64,000 bases of DNA, from NCBI GenBank assembly GCA_050954235.1, contig JBPBPJ010000050.1, positions 3,974-67,973 of the forward strand, read 5' to 3'. The notes beneath the pieces are model-generated. The model ran no database searches. It saw only the letters and a list, made by a program, of their open reading frames with translations, and was not told the origin of the DNA. This DNA comes from Janthinobacterium lividum (lineage in GTDB: Bacteria > Pseudomonadota > Gammaproteobacteria > Enterobacterales > Enterobacteriaceae). The position numbers were made by a program, and so were the translations under genes. Positions 55,231-64,000 of this stretch are shown one piece after another (the stretch's first letter is position 1; every line of letters begins with the position of its first letter).

Positions 55231-56976
55231 ATGACTCAAATTCATCATTCTTTTTCTATTTTTGGGCTTAATTCTTATTTACTCAAATCTTTAGAACAAT
55301 TAGGATATGTAAAACCTTCACCAATTCAATCAGCTTGTATTCCCTTTCTATTATTAGGTAAGGATGTACTTGGAATGGCCCAAACGGGTAGCGGTAAAAC
55401 AGCTGCTTTTGCACTACCTTTGTTAAATAATATTAATGCTTCTTTAAAATATCCTCAAATCCTAGTCCTAGTTCCCACTAGAGAGCTCGCCATACAGGTA
55501 GCAAAAGCTTTTTCTGATTTTTCTAGATATATTTTTGGTGTTAAAGTATTAGCTTTGTATGGTGGTCAAAGATATGATATTCAATTACAAATTCTTAGAC
55601 AAGGACCGCAAATTATTGTAGGTACGCCTGGTCGTTTGTTAGATCATTTAAAACGTGGAACATTAAATTTAGTAAATTTAAATAGTTTAGTTTTAGATGA
55701 AGCTGATGAAATGTTACGTATGGGTTTTATAGAAGACGTAGAAAATATTATGTCTAAAATACCTAAAAAACATCAAACGGCTTTATTTTCTGCTACTATG
55801 CCCAATATAATTCGTAGAATATCAAAGCGTTTTATGGATAACCCGAAAGAAATTAAAATACAGTCTACTGGTATTACCCGTCCAGATATACAACAAAGTT
55901 ATTGGATTGTACGTGGAAAAAAAACTGATGCTTTAATTAGATTTTTAGAAGTTGAAGATTTTTCTGCTACTATTATTTTTGTTCGTACTAAAAATGCTAC
56001 TTTAGAAGTTTCAGAAGCATTAGAAAAACACGGATATAATAGTGCTGCATTAAATGGTGACATGAATCAATCTTTACGAGAACAAACATTAGAGAGATTA
56101 AAGACAGGTAAACTAGATATATTGATTGCTACAGATGTTGCTGCACGTGGTTTAGATGTAGATCGTATTAGCTTTGTTATTAACTACGATATACCCATGG
56201 ATTCTGAATCATATGTGCATCGTATTGGTCGTACTGGTCGCGCAGGAAGAACAGGAAGGGCTTTATTATTTGTTGAATATCGTGAACGTAGATTATTAAA
56301 TAATATAGAAAGAACAATTAAACATCCTATTAAAGAAATAGAATTACCAAAATCTGAACTTGTTGTACAGAAAAGACTACAAATTATTTCAGAAAAAATA
56401 CAAAAACAATTAAATAGTTCCGATTTACAATTATATCAATTACTTTTATCAAAATTAAATTTAAAAGATGGTTGGAATTTTGAAAATTTATCAGCAGCAC
56501 TATTAAAATTAGCGCAAGGTGAACGACCTTTAATTATTCCTCCGGATAAACGTTACTCATCTTTATCTTTTAATAATAATTATTCAACAGGTATGTATAA
56601 TATACGTAAGTTTAATAATAATAAAATAAATCCGAACTCTCGTTTTATTCATGATCGTAAGAAATTAGAAAATATGACATTGTATCGTATTGAAGTAGGT
56701 AAAAATGATGGTATAGAAGTGCGTCATATTGTTGGAGCGATAGCTAATGAAGGAGATATTAGTAGTCGATTAATAGGAGCAATTAAATTATTTGCAACCT
56801 ACTCTACTATTGAGTTACCTAAAAATCATTCTAAGAGATTACTTACTTGTTTATTGCGTACACGTATTTTAAACAAACCTATTAATATTAAACTTATAAC
56901 ATATTCATCATTACGAGAAAATAAAAAATCTTCATCTTTTAGAAATCGTAAAAATTATATTAAACGTACTTTTTAA
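55231..56976 (+). CDS. deaD: DEAD-box RNA helicase DeaD (CsdA)
   Basis: [34 protein letters not shown]-terminal DbpA-type RNA-binding domain. Confidence 0.97.
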   Translation: MTQIHHSFSIFGLNSYLLKSLEQLGYVKPSPIQSACIPFLLLGKDVLGMAQTGSGKTAAFALPLLNNINASLKYPQILVLVPTRELAIQVAKAFSDFSRYIFGVKVLALYGGQRYDIQLQILRQGPQIIVGTPGRLLDHLKRGTLNLVNLNSLVLDEADEMLRMGFIEDVENIMSKIPKKHQTALFSATMPNIIRRISKRFMDNPKEIKIQSTGITRPDIQQSYWIVRGKKTDALIRFLEVEDFSATIIFVRTKNATLEVSEALEKHGYNSAALNGDMNQSLREQTLERLKTGKLDILIATDVAARGLDVDRISFVINYDIPMDSESYVHRIGRTGRAGRTGRALLFVEYRERRLLNNIERTIKHPIKEIELPKSELVVQKRLQIISEKIQKQLNSSDLQLYQLLLSKLNLKDGWNFENLSAALLKLAQGERPLIIPPDKRYSSLSFNNNYSTGMYNIRKFNNNKINPNSRFIHDRKKLENMTLYRIEVGKNDGIEVRHIVGAIANEGDISSRLIGAIKLFATYSTIELPKNHSKRLLTCLLRTRILNKPINIKLITYSSLRENKKSSSFRNRKNYIKRTF

Positions 56977-57024
56977 ATTTTTATGTAATGTAAGTAATTA
57001 TAAAACTAATTAGTATATTAATTT

Positions 57025-57043
57025 TATGCCACATAGTGGCATA
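57025..57043. terminator. 8-bp hairpin between convergent deaD and ridA
   Basis: tatgccac ata gtggcata. Confidence 0.55.
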
Positions 57044-57044
57044 T

Positions 57045-57434
57045 TTATTTTTTATATAATACGGATGCTATTGCTTCAATTTCTATATATACTTTTTGAG
57101 GTAGTTCTGATATCCCTATACATGATCGTGCAGGATACTGTTTAGTATATTTATTGAAAAATTTTTGATAGGATAAATTAATTTCTTTTAATTTATCCAT
57201 TTTTGTTGTAAAAATAGTAATTTTAACGATATTTTGTATACTTAAATGATTTTCTTTTAATATTACATCTATATTTTGTAAAGCCAAGGTAGTTTGATCT
57301 GATATATATTTAGGTATTATTCCTGTTTTTTTGTTTACTGGAATTTGACCTGAAATAAAATATAAATCTTTTGCTTGTATAATAGAAGAATATGGTCCAA
57401 ATACAGTATTCAAAACATATTTTTTTTTTGACAT
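57045..57434 (-). CDS. ridA: RidA/YjgF/TdcF-family enamine deaminase
   Basis: GPYS, ISGQIP, PARSC (catalytic Arg), IEIEAIA. Confidence 0.9.
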   Translation of the reverse strand: MSKKKYVLNTVFGPYSSIIQAKDLYFISGQIPVNKKTGIIPKYISDQTTLALQNIDVILKENHLSIQNIVKITIFTTKMDKLKEINLSYQKFFNKYTKQYPARSCIGISELPQKVYIEIEAIASVLYKK

Positions 57435-57513
57435 AAATTCCTTTCTTATTGTATTTTTAGTGATTTATTCTATGTAATTTATATCTTACATATAGAGTAT
57501 AAAAGTATATTTT

Positions 57514-58539
57514 TTAATTTTTATTTTTAAAAAAAATTTTTTTTGATAAACACGATATTAATAGAGCTTTAATTGTATGTAATCGATTTTCTGATTGTTG
57601 AAAACTGATATTAAAATTAGAGTTAAAAACATCATTACTAATTTCTAGTCCATTTTTAATATTAAATTTATTATGAATTTCTAATCCTAAAGAAGATTGT
57701 TTATCATGTAATGCTGGTAAACAATGTAATATCTTAATATCAGGATTTTTTGTCATATCCAACATTTTTTGATTGACTTGATAAGGATATAGTGTATTTA
57801 TTTTTTTTTCCCAAGCACTTTTTTTTTCTCCCATAGAAACCCATACGTCAGTATAAATAAAATCAACGTTTTTTACGCCTTTTTTAATATTATCAGTATA
57901 TAAAATATTGATATTTTTTTTTCTTTTTTTGTTTAAATTTAATAAAAAATTTTTTTTTGGTTGATATATTTTAGGAGATATGATATTTATTTTTAAATTC
58001 AGAAAATTAGCCGCGTCTAACAGTGTATTTGCTATATTGTTTTGAGCGTCTCCTATATATGCGCATTTTATTTTTTGTAATTTTTTATTAGGGTAGATTT
58101 CTTGCATAGTAAACAAATCTGCTAAAATCTGAGTGGGATGAAAAGTATTAGTCAAACCATTCCAAACTGGTTTATTAGAATATTTTTTAAAATCATAAAG
58201 AACACTATCGTTATAACCCCTGTACTGGATTCCATCATATATTGTACCTAGTATTTTAGCAGAATCTTGAACAGATTCCTTGTATCCAATATGAGTATCA
58301 TTAGGACCTATATATGTAGTATAAGCACCTTGATCATTTGCAGCTATTTCGAAAGCACACCTAGTTCTAGTAGATTGTTTTTCAAAAATTAATACTATTT
58401 TTTTTCCTTTTAAGTATTTTTTTTCTTTTTTTTTGTTTTTTTGATTTTTTATAAATCTAGATAATTTAATTAAATATAAAATTTCTTCTTGTGTAAAATC
58501 TGAAAATTGCAAAAAACTTTTTTTATATAGTGTTTTCAT
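57514..58539 (-). CDS. argF: Ornithine carbamoyltransferase
   Basis: FEKQSTRTR, NGLTNTFHPTQ, DVWVSMGE, HCLP, ENRLHTIKA. Confidence 0.96.
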   Translation of the reverse strand: MKTLYKKSFLQFSDFTQEEILYLIKLSRFIKNQKNKKKEKKYLKGKKIVLIFEKQSTRTRCAFEIAANDQGAYTTYIGPNDTHIGYKESVQDSAKILGTIYDGIQYRGYNDSVLYDFKKYSNKPVWNGLTNTFHPTQILADLFTMQEIYPNKKLQKIKCAYIGDAQNNIANTLLDAANFLNLKINIISPKIYQPKKNFLLNLNKKRKKNINILYTDNIKKGVKNVDFIYTDVWVSMGEKKSAWEKKINTLYPYQVNQKMLDMTKNPDIKILHCLPALHDKQSSLGLEIHNKFNIKNGLEISNDVFNSNFNISFQQSENRLHTIKALLISCLSKKIFFKNKN

Positions 58540-59508
58540 TGTAGATTCCATATGTATAAAACTTTTTGTTAATAAATAAGTAAATTACATGTTATTTTAT
58601 GCTTTATAAATGATAATGGTTGTTATGTACTTAAAAAATATGTTTTTTAGACTATATATTAATTTATATTTATAAAAAATTTTAAATTTTAAAGTGATTT
58701 CAATTTTTTACAATACAAAATATTTTAATTTGAAATATTAATAATTGTTAAACATTAAAGATATTTTTTTGAAATTTTTTATTAATATATTTTATATACA
58801 TATACAGCATACAGCATACAGAATATTTTTGATATATTTTTACCTATATAATCACTTTTTGATTATTTATATCTCAAAAATATTTTTAAAATTTGAATAT
58901 ATTTTCATATATCTATATTTTTAATTAATTGATAATGAAATCTTTATGTTTTACAATATATTTTTATGTACAATATAAGTATTATTAATGTCATTATATA
59001 TATAAATTATAATTTTTTTTAAATATTAATTTTATATTAATGAAATAATTTTTTTAATCTACATAATAGTTAACTGTATCAATTGAAAATATAACAAGTA
59101 TGTTTAAAAATTATTAAGTAGTACTTTTATTTTTTTTTAAAATAAAATAATATAGTTTTTGAATTAAATAATTTTTTGGATATAACTTTACGTAATTAAA
59201 TGTTAATTAATATTTCTAATTTTAAATAAAATATGTATATAATAACTACAATTAGATTTTTTATAAAGATAACAATTGAGTTATTTCTATAAAAAATACA
59301 TTTTTATATATAAAGCTTAAATATTAAAAATTTTTTATTTTTATGAAATATATGGTTTTATAAATAATTATTTTTGAAAATTTTTATTAATATTTATTAA
59401 ATGTGTTGTTTTACATGTAATGTATACATTAAAGAATATTTTCTGATTTTTAACTGTTAACATAATATATTATGTAATTTTAAATAACTGAATAGATATA
59501 GTAAGACT

Positions 59509-62376
59509 ATGGATAAAAATTATAATTTTAACGTAATAGAAAAAAAAATACAAAAATATTGGAATATAAATCAGTGTGTTAATTATGATGACAAAAGAAT
59601 AAAAGATAAAAATTTTTGTATTATGGTTCCACCACCAAATATAACTGGTTATTTACATATGGGTCATGCATTTCAGCAGACTATTATGGATGTAATAATA
59701 CGATATCAACGCATGTCTGGAAAAAATACATTACTGCAACTAGGAACAGATCATGCTGGTATTGCAACGCAAATGGTAGTAGAAAGAAATTTATTAATTC
59801 AAGAGGGAAAAAACAAGAACTCCTATTCTAGGGAAGAATTTATAAATAAAGTTTATATTTGGAAAAAAAAATCAGAACTGATTATGTTTAACCAAATAAA
59901 AAGATTAGGTCATTTAATTAATTGGAACACTATTCGTTTTACGTTAGATTCAGATTTTTCGAAAGCTATTAATAAAGTTTTTATTATGTTATATAAAGAA
60001 GGATTAATTTATAGACATAAGAAATTAGTATATTGGGATCCAAAACTTAAAACTGTAGTTTCTGATTTAGAAGTTGAAAATCGTGTTATTAATAATACAA
60101 TGTGGTACATAAAATATTTTTTAACATCTAAAGATAATAGTATAGATTCGTTTGATAAAAAAAGTCTGATTGTTGCTACTACACGACCAGAAACACTACT
60201 AGGAGATACAGCTTTAGCTGTTCATTCACAAGATGTAAGATATAAAAAATATATTGGTAGTCACGTTATAGTTCCTATCGTAAACCGTATTATTCCAGTA
60301 ATCAGTGATGATTCAATTGATATGAATAAAGGTACTGGATGTATGAAAGTAACGCCTGCTCATGATTTTAATGATTATGAGATTGGTGTGCGTAATAAGT
60401 TACCTATGATTGATATTTTTACAAAAAGTGGAAAAGTATTAAAACAATTAAATATTTTTAATTATCAAGGTAAAAATATTAATATAATTGATAATTTTGT
60501 TCCTAAAAATTTGCGAAATTTAGATCGTTTTATTGCACGAGAAAAAATTTTATTTTTATTAAATCAACTAAATTTATTAAAAAAATCTAATACCTGGAAA
60601 GGTACCATACCGTATGGTGATAGAAGTGGAGTAATTCTAGAACCTAGATTAACTAATCAGTGGTATTTAAGTACTAAGTTTTTATCTAAGGAAGCTATCA
60701 GATCTGTAGAAGAAAAAAAAATTATTTTTATACCAAAACAGTACAAAAATATGTTTTTATCTTGGATGAATAATATTCAAGATTGGTGTATTTCACGTCA
60801 ATTATGGTGGGGACATAGAATTCCGATATGGTACGATAATAAAGACAATGTTTATGTAGGAAAAAATGAAAAATCTATTAGAAAAAAATATTTTTTAGAT
60901 AAAAAAGTACTTCTAGTACAAGATTCTGATGTATTGGATACTTGGTTTTCTTCTAGTCTGTGGACGTTTGCTGGTTTGGGTTGGCCAACAGATAAAAAAA
61001 AATTAAAAATGTTTCATCCAACTGATGTTCTAGTGTGTGGTTTTGATATTATTTTTTTTTGGATTGCTCGTATGATTATGTTAACCTTACATATCATCAA
61101 GGATAAACACGGAAAACCTCAAATTCCTTTTAAAAAAGTATATATAACTGGGTTAATACGAGATGAGCATGGCAGAAAAATGTCTAAATCCTATGGTAAT
61201 GTTTTAGATCCCTTAGATATTATTGATGGAATTAGCTTAAAAAAATTAATTAAAAAAAGAACAAATAATTTAATTCATTCGAAAAAATTTGATTTTATTA
61301 AAACAAATACTATAAAAAATTTTCCAAAAGGTATTTCCACTCATAGTGTTGATGCTGTTCGATATACTTTTTTATCTTTAGCTTCTACAAGTAGAAATAT
61401 TCATTGGGATATGAATAGATTAAAAGGATATCAAAATTTTTGTAATAAACTTTGGAATGCTACTCGTTTTGTTATTAAAAATATTAAAAACAATGTATTT
61501 ATAAAAAAAATTTTTTCTACTGTATTGTTAGATCAGTGGATTTATTCAAAATTTAACAATGTTATTAAAAAATATCATTTTTTCTTAAAATCATTTAGAT
61601 TTGATCAATTATCATTATTATTGTATAAATTTGTATGGCGCACATTTTGTGATCAATATTTAGAAATGATTAAACCTATCTTGTGTAACGGTTCAAAATA
61701 TGAAAAGAAGTTAATTAAAAATACTTTATTTCAGATTTTAAGTTCTTTGATTCTTTTAATGCATCCTATAATGCCGTTTATTACAGTATATATTTGGAAT
61801 ATTTTAGATAAGCTAAATACAATATTTAATGCATCTATTATTTTAAATCCTATTCCTCAATATAAAATTTCATTAAATAATAGAATTATTGTTAAATTTA
61901 TATCTTGGTTTAAAAAAATTATTTCTATTTTACGATTTATTCGAATTGATACAAAAGTTAAACATACTACATTATTAAAAATATATTTTAAAAATGTTTC
62001 TTTACAAAAAAAAATTTTTTTATTAGAACATAATAGTCTGTTAAAAAAAATTGCTTATCTAGATTGTTTAATAGAAATTAAAGTAACCGACAAGTTACCT
62101 CCTTCTATAATACGAATTATTGATGATGTAGAAATATTTATTGTACTAGATTCTAAATTAAATATAGATATAGAAGTCAATAGATTAAATAAAAAAATTC
62201 AATCTATTAAGATGAAAATTAATATGACTAAAAGTTTATTAGTAAATAAAGAATTTTTAAAAAATGCACCTACATCTTTCATATTAAAAAAACAGAACTT
62301 ATTATTGAATCTTCAAAATTCGTTGTATAAAATTAATAACCAAAAAAAAATTTTATTACAACAAATATTAGTATGA
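59509..62376 (+). CDS. valS: Valine--tRNA ligase
   Basis: PPPNITGYLHMGH, TTRPET, GTGCMKVTPAHD, WCISRQLWWGH, KMSKS, C-terminal coiled coil. Confidence 0.98.
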   Translation: MDKNYNFNVIEKKIQKYWNINQCVNYDDKRIKDKNFCIMVPPPNITGYLHMGHAFQQTIMDVIIRYQRMSGKNTLLQLGTDHAGIATQMVVERNLLIQEGKNKNSYSREEFINKVYIWKKKSELIMFNQIKRLGHLINWNTIRFTLDSDFSKAINKVFIMLYKEGLIYRHKKLVYWDPKLKTVVSDLEVENRVINNTMWYIKYFLTSKDNSIDSFDKKSLIVATTRPETLLGDTALAVHSQDVRYKKYIGSHVIVPIVNRIIPVISDDSIDMNKGTGCMKVTPAHDFNDYEIGVRNKLPMIDIFTKSGKVLKQLNIFNYQGKNINIIDNFVPKNLRNLDRFIAREKILFLLNQLNLLKKSNTWKGTIPYGDRSGVILEPRLTNQWYLSTKFLSKEAIRSVEEKKIIFIPKQYKNMFLSWMNNIQDWCISRQLWWGHRIPIWYDNKDNVYVGKNEKSIRKKYFLDKKVLLVQDSDVLDTWFSSSLWTFAGLGWPTDKKKLKMFHPTDVLVCGFDIIFFWIARMIMLTLHIIKDKHGKPQIPFKKVYITGLIRDEHGRKMSKSYGNVLDPLDIIDGISLKKLIKKRTNNLIHSKKFDFIKTNTIKNFPKGISTHSVDAVRYTFLSLASTSRNIHWDMNRLKGYQNFCNKLWNATRFVIKNIKNNVFIKKIFSTVLLDQWIYSKFNNVIKKYHFFLKSFRFDQLSLLLYKFVWRTFCDQYLEMIKPILCNGSKYEKKLIKNTLFQILSSLILLMHPIMPFITVYIWNILDKLNTIFNASIILNPIPQYKISLNNRIIVKFISWFKKIISILRFIRIDTKVKHTTLLKIYFKNVSLQKKIFLLEHNSLLKKIAYLDCLIEIKVTDKLPPSIIRIIDDVEIFIVLDSKLNIDIEVNRLNKKIQSIKMKINMTKSLLVNKEFLKNAPTSFILKKQNLLLNLQNSLYKINNQKKILLQQILV

Positions 62377-62467
62377 ATATTTTTTTATTTATGGTATATA
62401 CATATTATACTAAATTATGGTGTATTTTATATGCATATATTATATTAATTAAATTTTTTAAAATAAA

Positions 62468-63433
62468 TTGGTTATCACCGTGTATAAAATTACAAAATTT
62501 TCTTCAAATATGCATTTAAAAAATATTTATTTACATTCTATTAATAATAGACGCGTTATTTTATCCTTTTATAAATATTTTTGGGTTATTGATCCTTTAA
62601 AATTGTTTTTTTTTCTAAAATCCAATTTAGAAAATAAAAATATTTTAGGTAGAATTTATATTGCTAAAGAAGGAATAAATGCTACAATTAGTATTCCTTT
62701 TTTAAAGTATAAATATATTGCTCGATTTTTTAAAAAAATTGATATAAAAACTAAAAAAATGTATATAAATTATACTTTTGAAAGCAAAAAAATGGCTTTT
62801 TGGGATTTAAGAATAAAAATAAAAAAACAAATTGTATCTAGTAATATAAAAAATTTTTGTTTTTTTAAATATAATAAAAGTACATATTTAAATGCATTTT
62901 TAGTAAATAAATGTTTTATTGATAAAGATTATGTTTTTCTTGATATGCGTAATGATTATGAGTATGAAATCGGACATTTTAGTAACGCATTAACTATACC
63001 TGCACGAACTTTTCGTGATCAATTGAAACAATTACCTAAGTATATAGAACCATATAGAAAAAAAAAAATTGTCATGTATTGTACAGGCGGTGTACGTTGT
63101 GAAAAATCTACTGCTTTATTAAAATATTATGGTTTTTCTCATGTATATCATATATATGGAGGAATTTTAAGTTATATCAAACAAGTTCAAAAATATAATT
63201 TATCGAACCATTTTAAAGGGAAAATTTTTGTTTTTGATGCGCGTTTATCAAAAAAAATTACTGATGATGTTTTTTCTGTATGTATCAACTGTCAGCAAGA
63301 CACTAATCGTATTCATATAAATTGTTTTAATGATTCTTGTCATCGTTTATTTATTCAATGTAAAAGATGTTCAGTTAAATTAAATTCATGTTGTTGTATG
63401 GATTGTAAAAATCAATTGTATAATATTATATAG
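62468..63433 (+). CDS. trhO: Rhodanese-domain tRNA U34 hydroxylase TrhO (YceA)
   Basis: SFYKY, GRIYIAKEGINAT, DMRNDYEYEIGHF, YCTGGVRCEK, FVFDAR. Start uncertain (TTG 62468 or ATG 62510). Confidence 0.92.
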   Translation: MVITVYKITKFSSNMHLKNIYLHSINNRRVILSFYKYFWVIDPLKLFFFLKSNLENKNILGRIYIAKEGINATISIPFLKYKYIARFFKKIDIKTKKMYINYTFESKKMAFWDLRIKIKKQIVSSNIKNFCFFKYNKSTYLNAFLVNKCFIDKDYVFLDMRNDYEYEIGHFSNALTIPARTFRDQLKQLPKYIEPYRKKKIVMYCTGGVRCEKSTALLKYYGFSHVYHIYGGILSYIKQVQKYNLSNHFKGKIFVFDARLSKKITDDVFSVCINCQQDTNRIHINCFNDSCHRLFIQCKRCSVKLNSCCCMDCKNQLYNII

Positions 63434-64000
63434 TATTTTATGAGTGATTTTTTAAATAGATTTTTTTAAAAATTATACTGTTTTTATGTAATTTTTGTTA
63501 TTGTATTAAACATATATTAACATGATTTATATTAAAATTATTTTTATTTTATGTATAATAGTCACTTTTTTATTGCAAGTATACTAAATTGACGTAACAA
63601 TAGTAGGTCTTATTATATAATTGAATAACAGTATAGTTTTTAATTATTATTAAAAATAATGCAGTATTTCACTTAATTTTAGTATTTAAATTAATACAAG
63701 ATATACTATAAAATAAGTGTAATGGATTTTATATACATTTTATTTATTAAAAATGATATTTTGTATATTATATATAAATATTAATAAATTTAATAAGTTG
63801 ATCTTGTAATTAAATGATAAATTAGATGAATATATATTGATACTAACAGCGTTACTTTTAGTGTAAATATATGAATTTTCTTTTAAACTTAAAATTGTGC
63901 TAACAGATATTTGATTTTGTTGTGTTAATTTTTTATTTTAATATATGCAGTTATAGATTCATGATATTAGTATGGACTTTATAAAGATTAATATATATAA

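Noticed and set aside
58802-58821. Tandem repeat atacagc x about 3
   Set aside because: It is real but only 20 bp, in a non-coding desert; most simply a replication-slippage microsatellite.
63434-64000. Terminal 567-bp spacer as a possible ncRNA or gene fragment
   Set aside because: No ORF, no stable GC-containing stems and no recognisable RNA family features; the context is cut off by the window end.

Overview
This is a very AT-rich (roughly 20% GC by eye) stretch of a reduced insect-endosymbiont chromosome. Gene content and order match Buchnera aphidicola as I recall it: pgk, asd, tusA, holA, leuS, ybeY, miaB, lysA, lysS, prfB, ygfZ, typA, engB, polA, eno, glnS, tRNAs, rpiA ... alaS, rluD, fis, aroQ, tldD, rplS to ffh, pheA, rplM/rpsI ... 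ftsH, secG, nusA, infB ... pnp, deaD, argF, valS. Many genes found at these positions in less reduced Buchnera appear to be missing (murA, glmM, pepA, pyrBI, pyrG, thyA, gmk, metK, gshA, cys cluster, mutS, dsbA, nadD, lgt, corC), which suggests a highly reduced, Lachninae/Cinara-like lineage (inference). The window holds about 50 housekeeping or amino-acid-biosynthesis CDSs, 6 tRNAs and several hairpin terminators. I found no mobile element, prophage, CRISPR array, defence island or unexplained multi-gene system; every long ORF is a recognisable core gene. The notable signals are small-scale genome erosion and recoding: an eroded ftsH 5' end, rluD split in an A10 tract, an intact prfB +1 frameshift cassette, a proofreading-degenerate Pol I, a conserved deaD leader whose uORF is broken, tRNAs with A/C mismatches at 31-39, and gene-sized AT deserts where genes were lost. 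Comparisons with E. coli and Buchnera are from memory, not from searches.
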